From positions 8,253-72,252 of the forward strand of contig CACEMP010000005.1 of NCBI GenBank assembly GCA_902560675.1: a stretch of 64,000 nt of DNA. The letters are read 5' to 3'. Origin of the DNA: an uncultured Alphaproteobacteria bacterium. GTDB lineage: Bacteria; Pseudomonadota; Alphaproteobacteria; HIMB59; GCA-002718135. The translations under genes and the position numbers were made by a program. Positions 46,037-56,133 of the stretch are shown here, one piece after another. Every line of letters starts with the position of its first letter. Position 1 is the stretch's first letter. The notes beneath the pieces are model-generated. The model was given only the letters and a program-made list of their open reading frames with translations. It was not told where the DNA came from and did not search any database.

Positions 46037-47521
46037 ATGCAACTTAAGACTAATAATATTGGAAAAACCTTTAGTGGTGTTAATGTTTTGAGAAATGTAA
46101 ATTTTGACTTAAAACCGGGTGAAGTTCATGCCCTTGTTGGAGAAAATGGTGCCGGTAAATCTACATTCGTTAAAGTATTAAGTGGTGTTTATACACCAAC
46201 TGAGGGAAAAATATTTCTCGATGAAAAAAAAGTAAATATTACATCACCAATAGTAGCTCAAAAAAATGGTGTTTCATTAATTCATCAAGAACCACAATCT
46301 TTCTCTCATCTGTCTGTAGCAGAAAATATATTCATGGGACACATGGAGGGTAACAATTTTTCTAGAGTAAAATGGCAAGACATAAATAATAAATCAAATG
46401 AAATTTTAGAATCTATTGGATTAAAAATTGATCCAAAAATAATTATGGAAGGTTTATCTATTGCTGATCAACAAATGATAGAAATAGCTGGAGCACTCTC
46501 TAAAAATTCAAAAGTATTAATAATGGATGAACCTACATCACCTTTAACTCCAAATGAAGTTGGGAAATTATTTGATATAGTAAATAAACTTAAATCTAAT
46601 GGAATGGCGATTATATTTATTAGCCATCGTTTAGAAGAAATTAGACAAATATCTGATAGAGTAACAATATTTCGAGATGGTGATTTGATTACTACAAAAA
46701 ATATAGATGAAGTTTCAAATGAAGAAATTATAAAATTTATGATTGGTAGAAATATTGAAGAAATAGAAGTTAAAGAAAATCAATTTATTAAAAATGATGA
46801 ATATATTTTGAATGTTAAAAACCTATCTTTATCCAAAAAGTTTAAAGATATTTCTTTTAATTTAAAAAAAGGAGAAATACTTGGATTTGCAGGATTAGTT
46901 GGAGCTGGGAGAACAGAAGTAGCAAAAAGTATTTTTGGAGCAGAAAAATTTGATGAAGGTGAAATTATTTACAATGGAGAAAGTATAATCAATAACTCAC
47001 CTAATGAAGCAATTAATAATGGTTTTGCCTATGTACCTGAAGATAGAAAACAAATGGGAATTTTTGGTCCTGTAGCTGTAGAGGATAACGTAACGTCAGC
47101 GATACCTAAAGACATATCTAATAATATAGGTCTTATTAATTCTAAAACTGTTTCTACAATGACTAATGATTATATAAATAAATTTAATATTATTTTAACT
47201 TCAGGAAGACAATTAATTGAAGAATTATCTGGTGGAAACCAGCAAAAATGTATAATTTCTAAGTGGTTACTTTCAAAGCCTAAAGTATTAATTCTAGATG
47301 AGCCTACGAGAGGTGTAGATGTAGGAGTTAAATCAGAAATGTATGAAATTATTAATAAATTAGCTGAAGAAGGTACTGCAATTATTTTAATATCATCAGA
47401 ATTACCTGAAATACTCTCTTTATCACATCGCATAATTGTGATGCGAGAGGGAAAAATTACAAAAATACTAAACAATAAGGAAGCTACTCAAGAAAAAATT
47501 ATGAGCTATGCAATAAATTAA
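46037..47521 (+). CDS. rhaT: sugar ABC transporter ATP-binding protein (duplicated NBD)
   Basis: 494 aa with two NBDs: 'GENGAGKST'/'IMDEPT' and 'GLVGAGRTE'/'LSGGNQQK'/'ILDEPTRGVD'. Confidence 0.88.
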   Translation: MQLKTNNIGKTFSGVNVLRNVNFDLKPGEVHALVGENGAGKSTFVKVLSGVYTPTEGKIFLDEKKVNITSPIVAQKNGVSLIHQEPQSFSHLSVAENIFMGHMEGNNFSRVKWQDINNKSNEILESIGLKIDPKIIMEGLSIADQQMIEIAGALSKNSKVLIMDEPTSPLTPNEVGKLFDIVNKLKSNGMAIIFISHRLEEIRQISDRVTIFRDGDLITTKNIDEVSNEEIIKFMIGRNIEEIEVKENQFIKNDEYILNVKNLSLSKKFKDISFNLKKGEILGFAGLVGAGRTEVAKSIFGAEKFDEGEIIYNGESIINNSPNEAINNGFAYVPEDRKQMGIFGPVAVEDNVTSAIPKDISNNIGLINSKTVSTMTNDYINKFNIILTSGRQLIEELSGGNQQKCIISKWLLSKPKVLILDEPTRGVDVGVKSEMYEIINKLAEEGTAIILISSELPEILSLSHRIIVMREGKITKILNNKEATQEKIMSYAIN

Positions 47522-47523
47522 AA

Positions 47524-48510
47524 ATGACATTATTTGATAAATTTTTAAGAATCAGAGAGCTTGGAATTTTTTCTATAATTGTTGTTTTTGTTATTGTTGC
47601 TGCAATTATAGATCCAAGATTCATGACATTGGATAGTTGGAGAGCGGTGTTCCTAGCAATACCTTTAATTTTAGTCATGGCTATGGGTCAAATGATGGTT
47701 ATCATTTGTCGACATGTGGATATATCTATTGGATCCATATTAGCATTTTCAGCAATTGTAATTGGTTTATTATATATTCAATTTCCTGGTTTATCACTTT
47801 GGCTATCTCTAATCATCACTGCTTTCGTTGGTTTAGTGATGGGATTAATTAATGGTTTTATAGTTACTAGGTTTAATGTGCATTCAATAATAGTAACACT
47901 AGGAACACTAAGTTTATACAGAGGTTTAGTTTTTATTGTTAGTGGAGGTAGACAAATTGATAGAAATGATATTCCTGAACATGTAGTTTCGTTTTCTCAA
48001 ACTTCTTTCCTTTTTTCAATTCCAGGTATTTTAATCTTTAGTGCAATAATCGTAGTAATTACTCATTTGGTAATGCGTCATTCAGTTTTAGGCCGTGAGA
48101 TTTATGCCACTGGTAGTAACCCTGTTGCAGCTCATCTTAAGGGAATTAATGTAACTAAAGTTACTTTGTTTTGTTTTGGTATTTGTGGAATGTTAGCAGG
48201 AGTTGCAGGCTTATTTTATGCATCAAGATTTGGATATGTGAATCCTGGAGTAACAGGTGTTGGAATTGAATTTATTGTAATTGCGGGTGTAATTATTGGT
48301 GGAACGAGTATCACTGGAGGTTCTGGAAGTGTATTAGGAACATTTTTAGGAATACTTTTATTAGGTATTATAAATGTCGCACTACCTGTCTTAAATATAC
48401 CTGGAGAATTTCAAAAAGCAATTTATGGTTTAATTATTGTTGTAGCTTTAGCATTAGATCAATTAATTATTTACAGAATGAAAAAATTAAGCGGCGGTAT
48501 TAATGCTTAA
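47524..48510 (+). CDS. rhaP: sugar ABC transporter permease
   Basis: 328 aa CUT2 permease with 'DISIGS' and 'GGTSITGGSGSV'. Confidence 0.85.
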   Translation: MTLFDKFLRIRELGIFSIIVVFVIVAAIIDPRFMTLDSWRAVFLAIPLILVMAMGQMMVIICRHVDISIGSILAFSAIVIGLLYIQFPGLSLWLSLIITAFVGLVMGLINGFIVTRFNVHSIIVTLGTLSLYRGLVFIVSGGRQIDRNDIPEHVVSFSQTSFLFSIPGILIFSAIIVVITHLVMRHSVLGREIYATGSNPVAAHLKGINVTKVTLFCFGICGMLAGVAGLFYASRFGYVNPGVTGVGIEFIVIAGVIIGGTSITGGSGSVLGTFLGILLLGIINVALPVLNIPGEFQKAIYGLIIVVALALDQLIIYRMKKLSGGINA

Positions 48511-49483
48511 AACAATTTCAATTTATTTAAGTGAAAATCCAACATTAAGATATTGGATTGTAAGGCCAGAATGGGTTGCTGTTATATTGTTGATAATATC
48601 AATTATTTCATCAATACAACTATCACCCTTCTTTGCTGATTTAGCATTTATAATGGACTCCGCTACACCTTATGTAGAGTACGGACTAATTGCAATAATA
48701 TTAACATTAATAATAATTTCTGGTGAAATAGATTTATCTATTGCCTCAATGATTGCTCTAACTGCAGTTATCTTTGGTACTGCATATAATGCGGGTCTTG
48801 GTATGCCAATCTCTATGCTTATAGCTCTCTTTTCTGGAACACTATGTGGTTTATTCAATGGAATACTCGTGACACAATTGCAAATACCTTCAATAATACT
48901 CACAATAGGCACATTAACTTTATATCGTGGAATAGCTCAATCTCTAGCTAGTGATTTTTCTTTAGGCGGTTATCCTTCTTGGTTTATTGGAATTGATTAT
49001 CGTTACATTGGTATAATTCCCATCCCTGTTATAATATTTACAGTTTTTGCAATTGTAGTTGGTTTTTTCCTGAGCTCAACTATTTACGGTAAACAACTTT
49101 ATTTGATAGGTACAAATCCACAAACAGCAAAATATTCTGGAATTAAAGTTGATCGTATTAAGCTATTACTTTTTACTTTATCTGGTTTAGTTTGTGGTAT
49201 TGCTGGAGTTTTAACTACTTCTAGACTAGCAGTTGCAAGATTTAATATGGCAACTGGTGCAGAATTAGAAATAGTCCTTATGGTTATGCTAGGTGGAACA
49301 TATATTTTTGGAGGCCGAGGAAATATTTTTGGCACTTTTGTTGCTTTTTGGATTGTGGTAATTTTAAGAGCAGGTCTAAATGTTGCAAGAATAAAAATTG
49401 AATCACAATTAACCATACTTGGTGCTATGTTAATAATTGCAATTATTTTAACTAATTACATTTATTCCAAATCACAAAAGTAA
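48503..49483 (+). CDS. rhaQ: sugar ABC transporter permease
   Basis: 326 aa CUT2 permease with 'GEIDLSIAS' and 'GGTYIFGGRGNI'. An 8-nt overlap joins it to rhaP. Confidence 0.85.
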   Translation: MLKTISIYLSENPTLRYWIVRPEWVAVILLIISIISSIQLSPFFADLAFIMDSATPYVEYGLIAIILTLIIISGEIDLSIASMIALTAVIFGTAYNAGLGMPISMLIALFSGTLCGLFNGILVTQLQIPSIILTIGTLTLYRGIAQSLASDFSLGGYPSWFIGIDYRYIGIIPIPVIIFTVFAIVVGFFLSSTIYGKQLYLIGTNPQTAKYSGIKVDRIKLLLFTLSGLVCGIAGVLTTSRLAVARFNMATGAELEIVLMVMLGGTYIFGGRGNIFGTFVAFWIVVILRAGLNVARIKIESQLTILGAMLIIAIILTNYIYSKSQK

Positions 49484-49493
49484 GGAGATAATA

Positions 49494-50234
49494 ATGAATC
49501 AAATAGATTTAAAAGATAAAGTTGCCATTATAACCGGAGGGGCGCAAGGTTTTGGTTATTCAATGGTTGAGAGATTTTCTAAATCTGGAGCTAAAGTTGT
49601 TATCTGGGATAAAGATGAAGAACTTTTAAAAAGTTTAACTTTGCCTGAAAATGTAAACTATGAACTTGTTGATGTTACATCTTATGATAGTGTTCAAAAA
49701 GCAACTATTGCTACTTTAGATAAAAATAATAAAATTGATATTCTTATTAATAATGCAGGAATTGCTGGACCAAGTTTTAAAACTTGGGAGTATCCAATTG
49801 ATCAATGGCAAAATGTTATTGATATTGATTTAACAGGTTTGTTTTATTGTTGCAAATCTATAGTACCTCACATGATTAAGTCCAATTATGGAAGAATAGT
49901 AAATATTGCTTCTATTGCCGGTAAAGAAGGTAATCCAAATGCCATGCCATACAGTGCTGCTAAAGCAGGGGTGATTGCTCTTACAAAATCATTAGGTAAA
50001 GAATTGGCAGATAAAAATATAGCCGTAAATTGTGTTACGCCAGCTGCAGCAAAAACAAGAATATTTGATCAAATCAGCCAGGAACATATTGATTATATGT
50101 TATCAAAAATACCACGTGGAAGATTTATCAAAGTTTATGAACTAGCCTCTATGGTTTCATGGTTGGTTTCTGAGGAGAATTCTTATACAACTGGAGCAGT
50201 GTTTGATCTTAGTGGAGGAAGAGCAACTTACTAG
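49494..50234 (+). CDS. SDR family oxidoreductase (candidate 6-deoxy-sugar or 2-keto-3-deoxy-acid dehydrogenase)
   Basis: 246 aa with 'TGGAQGFG', 'NNAG' and 'YSAAKAG'. Confidence 0.85.
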   Translation: MNQIDLKDKVAIITGGAQGFGYSMVERFSKSGAKVVIWDKDEELLKSLTLPENVNYELVDVTSYDSVQKATIATLDKNNKIDILINNAGIAGPSFKTWEYPIDQWQNVIDIDLTGLFYCCKSIVPHMIKSNYGRIVNIASIAGKEGNPNAMPYSAAKAGVIALTKSLGKELADKNIAVNCVTPAAAKTRIFDQISQEHIDYMLSKIPRGRFIKVYELASMVSWLVSEENSYTTGAVFDLSGGRATY

Positions 50235-50248
50235 AAAGGAAAAATAAT

Positions 50249-50563
50249 ATGAGTAATTATGCATGGGTTTTAGAGGTAAGACCTGGTTATGAAGATGAGT
50301 ATAAAAAAAGACATGATGAAATTTGGCCAGAGATGGTTCAAATGCTAAGTGATGCTGGACTAAGAAATTATAATATTTTTCGTCATGGATTAACTTTGTT
50401 TGGTTACTTTGAGACTGATGATTTGAAAAAATCAATTGATCATATTGTAAAAAGTGAAGTTAATAAAAAGTGGGGTGAGTATATGTCTGATATTTTAAAA
50501 GCAGAAGTCGATCCAAAAACTAATTTTCCATATTTATTACCCATTCAAATGCATTTAGATTAA
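50249..50563 (+). CDS. rhaM: L-rhamnose mutarotase
   Basis: 104 aa, colinear with E. coli YiiL/RhaM: 'EYKKRHDEIWPEM', 'NYNIF' and 'KWGEYMSD'. Confidence 0.85.
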   Translation: MSNYAWVLEVRPGYEDEYKKRHDEIWPEMVQMLSDAGLRNYNIFRHGLTLFGYFETDDLKKSIDHIVKSEVNKKWGEYMSDILKAEVDPKTNFPYLLPIQMHLD

Positions 50564-50564
50564 A

Positions 50565-51620
50565 ATGAATAAAGCTAGAATAGGGGTTATTGGTGCAGGC
50601 TGGTGGGCAACTGAATATCATATTCCAAATTTAAAAAAAAGGGAAGATGTTGAGCTTGTAAGTGTTTGCAAATTAGAAGAAGATCAATTGAATTTTGTAA
50701 AAAACAAATTTAATTTTCAACATGCTTCAACAGATTTCCATGAAATGTTAAGTCTTAGTCCTTTAGATGGTGTTGTAATTTCATCACCTCATTTTGCACA
50801 TTACGAAAATGCAAAAGCTTCTCTTGAAAAGGGTTGTCACGTTTTAATTGAAAAACCAATGACAACAAATTCCTCAGATGCAGAAAAACTTTATAATTTA
50901 GCAAAAGAAGTAAAGAAGGAAATTTTAGTTCCAAATGGATTTAATTTTACACACTTTATGCCAAAGGCTGAAAAATATATACAGGATGGAGTCATTGGTG
51001 AAATAAAACATATAGATGCTGCTTTTTCATCCTCTTTAGTAGATTTATTCCAGGGAATACCTTTAAGTGAGTCTAATGATCATACTTTCCAACCTTTAGC
51101 ATCAACTTGGTCTGATCCTAGTAAAGGGGGTGGTTATGGATGGGGTCAATTATCACATATGTTTGGAGGAGTTTTTAAAATAACTCAATTAACAGCTGAA
51201 AAAGCTTTTTGTTTTTCAGTTCCTTCCCCAACAAATGTTGATTATACAGATGCAATTTCTGTAAAATTTTCGAATGGTGCAACTGGATCATTTTCTGGAT
51301 GCGCATATGTTCCAAAAGATTTTGGAGGTACTTTTTATATAAATGTTCACGGAACTAAAGGAACACTTTATTTAGACATGGAAATAAAGAGAGAAAGATT
51401 ATTAATTAGACTTAATGATGGTAATGATATTGAGTATCAGATTAAAGAAGGTCAAGGAACTATGGCTTATAGTACAGAGTCTCCTTTAAATACTTTTGTT
51501 GATATTTGCTTAAATAAAAATTTTATTAATCACGCAAACTCCGATATTGGTCTGAAAACTGTCAAAGTATTAGATGCGGTCTATAGATCAATTAAAAGTG
51601 AGAAAGTGGAGCAAGTGTAA
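50565..51620 (+). CDS. Gfo/Idh/MocA family oxidoreductase
   Basis: 351 aa with 'IGVIGAGWWA' and 'EKPM'. Confidence 0.8.
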   Translation: MNKARIGVIGAGWWATEYHIPNLKKREDVELVSVCKLEEDQLNFVKNKFNFQHASTDFHEMLSLSPLDGVVISSPHFAHYENAKASLEKGCHVLIEKPMTTNSSDAEKLYNLAKEVKKEILVPNGFNFTHFMPKAEKYIQDGVIGEIKHIDAAFSSSLVDLFQGIPLSESNDHTFQPLASTWSDPSKGGGYGWGQLSHMFGGVFKITQLTAEKAFCFSVPSPTNVDYTDAISVKFSNGATGSFSGCAYVPKDFGGTFYINVHGTKGTLYLDMEIKRERLLIRLNDGNDIEYQIKEGQGTMAYSTESPLNTFVDICLNKNFINHANSDIGLKTVKVLDAVYRSIKSEKVEQV

Positions 51621-51623
51621 TTA

Positions 51624-52991
51624 CTAATCAAAAATTTTGCCAGGGTTCATAATATTATTTGGATCAAAACTTTTTTTAATCAATTTCATCAGAGGAACAT
51701 TATCTGGATGCTGTTTCAGTAGATACTCTTTTTTTTGAAGGCCGATACCATGCTCACCAGTAATAGTTCCATCCATTTCTAATGCTTTATCAATTAATTT
51801 ATTACTAAATTCTCTTATGTATTTATATTCATTCTCTTTATTTGGATCATAGACGATAGTTACATGAAAATTTCCATCTCCTACATGACCAACCATTGGA
51901 GCTTTCAATCCGGTACCCTGAAGTTCATTTTCTGCAAACATAATACATTCAACAATGTTTGAAATAGGAACACAAACATCTGTAGCATAAACTCTCACAT
52001 CATCTCCTTGTGCTTTAACTGAATAATAAACATTATGTCTTGCTTTCCATATCTTGTTTCTCTCTTCTGTGTTAGATGCCCATTTAAATTCACTACCATT
52101 GTTATTTTTAGATATCTCTTCAACAACGTCTATTGATTCTTTATTTGAAATTTCACTACCATGAAATTCATAAAAAAGAGTTGGTAAACTTTCTAAATTT
52201 TCTAATTTTGAATATTTAATACTTATATCCATTTGATCTTTATTTAGTAATTCAACTCTTGCAATTGGAACTCCGTATTGAATTATTTCTTGAGCTGTTA
52301 CAACTGCTGAGTCAAGATCTGGAAATTGACATACAGCACTCATTATACTCTCAGGAATTGGAGATAGTCTTAAGTGTACTTCAGTGATAATACCAAGTGT
52401 ACCCTCTGAACCTACAAAAAGGTTGGTAAGATTGTAACCTGCAGAAGTTTTTTTAGCTCGCGTTCCTGTTTTAATTACATTACCATTTGCAAGAACAACA
52501 GTAAGGCCAAGCACTGCTGTTTTCATAGTTCCATATCTAACTGCCATAGTTCCTGAAGCAGAGCAAGCTGCCATACCACCTAATGCAGCATTTGCACCTG
52601 GATCGATTGGAAAAAACACACCTTTATCTTTTAATGTTTCATTAAGTTGCTCACGAGAAACATTTGCTTGTACACGACAATCAAAGTCTGCTTCATTTAT
52701 AGAAATAATTTGATTAAAATTTTCCATTGAAATTGTAAAACCTTCATTATTTCCAACAACATGACCTTCCAAAGAAGTTCCAGTACCATAGGCAGTTACA
52801 GGCACTTTAAATTCATTACAAATTTTTAGTATTTTTGAAAGCTCTTCATTATTTTTTGGGAACAAAACAGCTCTTGGTAGTACAGGATCATAAGCATCTT
52901 CTCCTTTGGCATGATTGTTTCTCACACTCTCAGAAAATGAGATTCTTTCTTGTAAAATCTCTTTTAAATTATCTAATAATCCTCTATCCAT
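51624..52991 (-). CDS. FAD-linked oxidase (D-lactate dehydrogenase/GlcD family)
   Basis: 455 aa with FAD_binding_4 blocks 'GTGTSLEGH' and 'GSEGTLGIITE', and a C-terminal 'TGEHGIG ... DPNNIMNPGK'. Confidence 0.85.
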   Translation of the reverse strand: MDRGLLDNLKEILQERISFSESVRNNHAKGEDAYDPVLPRAVLFPKNNEELSKILKICNEFKVPVTAYGTGTSLEGHVVGNNEGFTISMENFNQIISINEADFDCRVQANVSREQLNETLKDKGVFFPIDPGANAALGGMAACSASGTMAVRYGTMKTAVLGLTVVLANGNVIKTGTRAKKTSAGYNLTNLFVGSEGTLGIITEVHLRLSPIPESIMSAVCQFPDLDSAVVTAQEIIQYGVPIARVELLNKDQMDISIKYSKLENLESLPTLFYEFHGSEISNKESIDVVEEISKNNNGSEFKWASNTEERNKIWKARHNVYYSVKAQGDDVRVYATDVCVPISNIVECIMFAENELQGTGLKAPMVGHVGDGNFHVTIVYDPNKENEYKYIREFSNKLIDKALEMDGTITGEHGIGLQKKEYLLKQHPDNVPLMKLIKKSFDPNNIMNPGKIFD

Positions 52992-53025
52992 ATATTAAAT
53001 ATTATTTATAAATTATAAAAAGTAA

Positions 53026-54033
53026 ATGAATACTACATCTCTAGAGTTAAGTAAAATATATGATTTAGCATACAAAGTACTTATGAAGCATGGATGTGAT
53101 GAATATAATGCTGAGTCAGTAGCTACAACTGTCACACATGCTGAAAGAGATGGAAGTGTTTCACATGGTTTATTCAGAATTCCAGGTTATATTGCCTCCC
53201 TAAAAAGTAAAAAAGTAAATGGGCTTTCAAGACCATCAAGTATATTTCTTACTCAAAATGCAATAAGAGTTGAAGGTGATTATGGTTTTGCTCCTGTAGC
53301 AATTAAAGTTGGTATACCTGATTTAATAGAGACTACAAATAAGCATGGAGTTGGTGTTTTAACTATAACTAATACTCATCATTTTGCCGCCTTATGGCAT
53401 GAAACTGAAGCATTGGCAGAAAATAATCTGATTGGTATTGCTTGTACAGCGTATAAACCTAGTGTTGCTCCAGCAGGTGCAAAAAAGGCACTATTTGGAA
53501 CAAATCCAATTTCATTTGCATGGCCAAGAGAAAATAATACACCAGTTGTTTATGACATGGCAACATCTACAATGGCTATGGGAGAAGTGCAGGTCGCTGC
53601 ACGCGATGGTCATAAAGTTCCTTTTGGAACGGGACTAAATAAGAATGGTAACAAAACTGATGATCCATCACAAATAGCTAATGGAGGGGTTTTATTAACA
53701 TTCGGTGATTATAAAGGTTCGGCAATAGCTATGATGATTGAGTTACTTGCAGCAGGACTTGTTGGAGACTTGTTTAGTTTTGAAGCTAAGGAAGCAGATA
53801 ATAATGATGGTGGTCCAGCAAGAGGAGGAGAGTTTATAATGGCGTTATCACCACAATTAATTGCTGGAGAAAATTGGAATGACCATGCAGAAAGTTTTTT
53901 CAAACAAATGAAATCTTTGGATGGAGTCAGATTACCTGGTGAACGAAGACATAATAATAGAATTGATAAAGGTCCAAGGAATATAAATAAACAGCTAGTA
54001 GATAAAATTAACAATTTACTTAATGAAGTTTAG
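53026..54033 (+). CDS. Ldh_2 family (malate/L-lactate/sulfolactate-type) oxidoreductase
   Basis: 335 aa with 'SHGLFRIPGY', 'HHFAALW' and 'GDYKGSAIAMMIELL'. Confidence 0.8.
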   Translation: MNTTSLELSKIYDLAYKVLMKHGCDEYNAESVATTVTHAERDGSVSHGLFRIPGYIASLKSKKVNGLSRPSSIFLTQNAIRVEGDYGFAPVAIKVGIPDLIETTNKHGVGVLTITNTHHFAALWHETEALAENNLIGIACTAYKPSVAPAGAKKALFGTNPISFAWPRENNTPVVYDMATSTMAMGEVQVAARDGHKVPFGTGLNKNGNKTDDPSQIANGGVLLTFGDYKGSAIAMMIELLAAGLVGDLFSFEAKEADNNDGGPARGGEFIMALSPQLIAGENWNDHAESFFKQMKSLDGVRLPGERRHNNRIDKGPRNINKQLVDKINNLLNEV

Positions 54034-54035
54034 CT

Positions 54036-55229
54036 ATGATTGAAAAGGAACTAAATGCTCTTTTTCTAGATACAATATCAAAAAATTACTGCCAAGGTAT
54101 TCAATGGTCTATCTTAAAAGATAACAAAATCTTTAAAGGTAAAATTGGTTATTTAAATCTAGAGACAAAAAAAGAAATTCAGGAAGACTCTATTTATAGA
54201 ATCTGGTCAATGACTAAGCCAATAATTGCAATTGCTGCAATTATTTTAGTTCAAAAAAAATTAATTAATTTTGATGATCCTATAGAGAAATACTTACCTA
54301 GTGCAAATAAATTAAGAGTCTTAAAAAATAATAGTATTAGTTCATTAGAAGCTTTGCGCAGATCTATAACAATAAAAGATTTATTAATGCATACAGCAGG
54401 TTTTTCATATAATTTTTTGGATGATCCAATAGGTAAAGAATATGAAAATAAAAAACTATTTCATTCAGAGTCTACTTCTTTAAAAGATGAAGTAGAGACC
54501 ATATTATCAACTCCATTATTATTTCAACCAGGTACTAGATGGAATTATTCAGTCTCTATTGATGTATTGGCTCACATAATTGAGATAGTTACAAGTAAAG
54601 GTATCTTCACCTTTTTAGACGAAAATATTTTTAAACCACTCAATATGCATGACACTTCATTTTTTGTAGATGACAAACAAATACATAAAATAATGAGTTC
54701 TTATATTTATAAACATCGAAGTAATAACCTAAATTTGGTTAAATATAGCTATCAAAAAATCGAAAATTATTCCTATCCTGAGTCAAATAATCAGTATGCC
54801 AGAGGGGGTCATGGATTATTTTCAACTTTAGATAATTATATGAAGTTTGCAAAAATGCTACATACAGGCAAAGATGTTGATGGTAATACTATTTTAAATA
54901 AACAACACCTTAGGTTAATTAATAAAAATTATTTAGATAATAGTTTTTTTCCACTCGAAATTAAAAGTATTAGTGATAATGAATTTTTAGATTATCCAAA
55001 CGACTTTGCTCCATATGGCTGGGGTTTAGGTTTCAGAGTTATGCACGATTTAAAAAAAAACAATAATTTAGGATCTATTGGTGAGTTCGGATGGGGAGGC
55101 GCAGCAGCTACTTATTTTCTTGTCGATCCAAAAAATAATTTAACAGCTGTTTTAATGACTCAAGTTTTGCAAGCACATCCTATACTAAAAAAAATATTTT
55201 ATGAATTCATTTACAAAAAACTTTTATAA
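54036..55229 (+). CDS. serine hydrolase, beta-lactamase/esterase fold
   Basis: 397 aa with the 'SMTKP' (SxxK) nucleophile motif, 'YS' and 'GWGG' boxes. Confidence 0.75.
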   Translation: MIEKELNALFLDTISKNYCQGIQWSILKDNKIFKGKIGYLNLETKKEIQEDSIYRIWSMTKPIIAIAAIILVQKKLINFDDPIEKYLPSANKLRVLKNNSISSLEALRRSITIKDLLMHTAGFSYNFLDDPIGKEYENKKLFHSESTSLKDEVETILSTPLLFQPGTRWNYSVSIDVLAHIIEIVTSKGIFTFLDENIFKPLNMHDTSFFVDDKQIHKIMSSYIYKHRSNNLNLVKYSYQKIENYSYPESNNQYARGGHGLFSTLDNYMKFAKMLHTGKDVDGNTILNKQHLRLINKNYLDNSFFPLEIKSISDNEFLDYPNDFAPYGWGLGFRVMHDLKKNNNLGSIGEFGWGGAAATYFLVDPKNNLTAVLMTQVLQAHPILKKIFYEFIYKKLL

Positions 55230-55234
55230 TTAGA

Positions 55235-56095
55235 TTGAAACTTTCATATACATACATTGGAATTATTTTTGCAATATTAGCTAATTTTTCATTTAGTCTA
55301 CTTGATACAATTTCCAAAACTTTAGTAATTTATTATTCCATTATACAAATTTTATTAATTAAATATTTTTTCATCTTAATTTTGTCATTTTTTGAAGGTT
55401 ACAGAAAAAAAAATCTTAATTTTTTTAAAACAAAAAATATTTATCTACAATTTGCTCGAAGTATTTTATCTATTTTAGAAGCAGGATGTTTTGTATTGTC
55501 TTTTAGATATTTATCATTAGCTGATACTCATAGTATTGCAGCTCTTACACCTGTTATTGTTGTAGCTCTATCTGCTATTTTTTTACGAGAAACTGTTAAT
55601 CTAAATACTTGGATTGGTATTTTTTTTGGGTTTTTAGGAGTATTAATAATTATGAGACCCGGCCTAACAATTTTTGACCCTAAATCTCTGATTCCATTAG
55701 CTGCCGCTTTCTTTTTAAGTTGTTACCAAATAGTTACTCGAAAAGTTTCTGAGCATGATTCAACAGAGACATCACTATTTTATACATCAATAATTGGCAT
55801 TATTATTATGCTGATATTAATTTCAAATTACTGGCTACCATTATCTAATTTTTCTTATTTACTTTTTATTGGTGTGGGATTATTTTTTTCACTAGGAATA
55901 TATTTTCAAATCATTGCTTTATCATTTACTAAAGCAAGCATTATACAACCTTTTCATTATACTTTAATTTTATGGGCTATAATATTAGGTTATATTTTTT
56001 ATAATGATATACCCGATATTCCAACTACTATAGGCGCAATTATAATTTCTGTTTCCGGTATTTATGTTTTAAATATCAGATATAAAGAAAAATAA
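55235..56095 (+). CDS. DMT superfamily (EamA) transporter
   Basis: 286 aa with 10 predicted TM segments as two EamA repeats. TTG start. Confidence 0.75.
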   Translation: MKLSYTYIGIIFAILANFSFSLLDTISKTLVIYYSIIQILLIKYFFILILSFFEGYRKKNLNFFKTKNIYLQFARSILSILEAGCFVLSFRYLSLADTHSIAALTPVIVVALSAIFLRETVNLNTWIGIFFGFLGVLIIMRPGLTIFDPKSLIPLAAAFFLSCYQIVTRKVSEHDSTETSLFYTSIIGIIIMLILISNYWLPLSNFSYLLFIGVGLFFSLGIYFQIIALSFTKASIIQPFHYTLILWAIILGYIFYNDIPDIPTTIGAIIISVSGIYVLNIRYKEK

Positions 56096-56133
56096 TTAAT
56101 TGTAATAAAAATATTATTTAATAAAATATCCAA

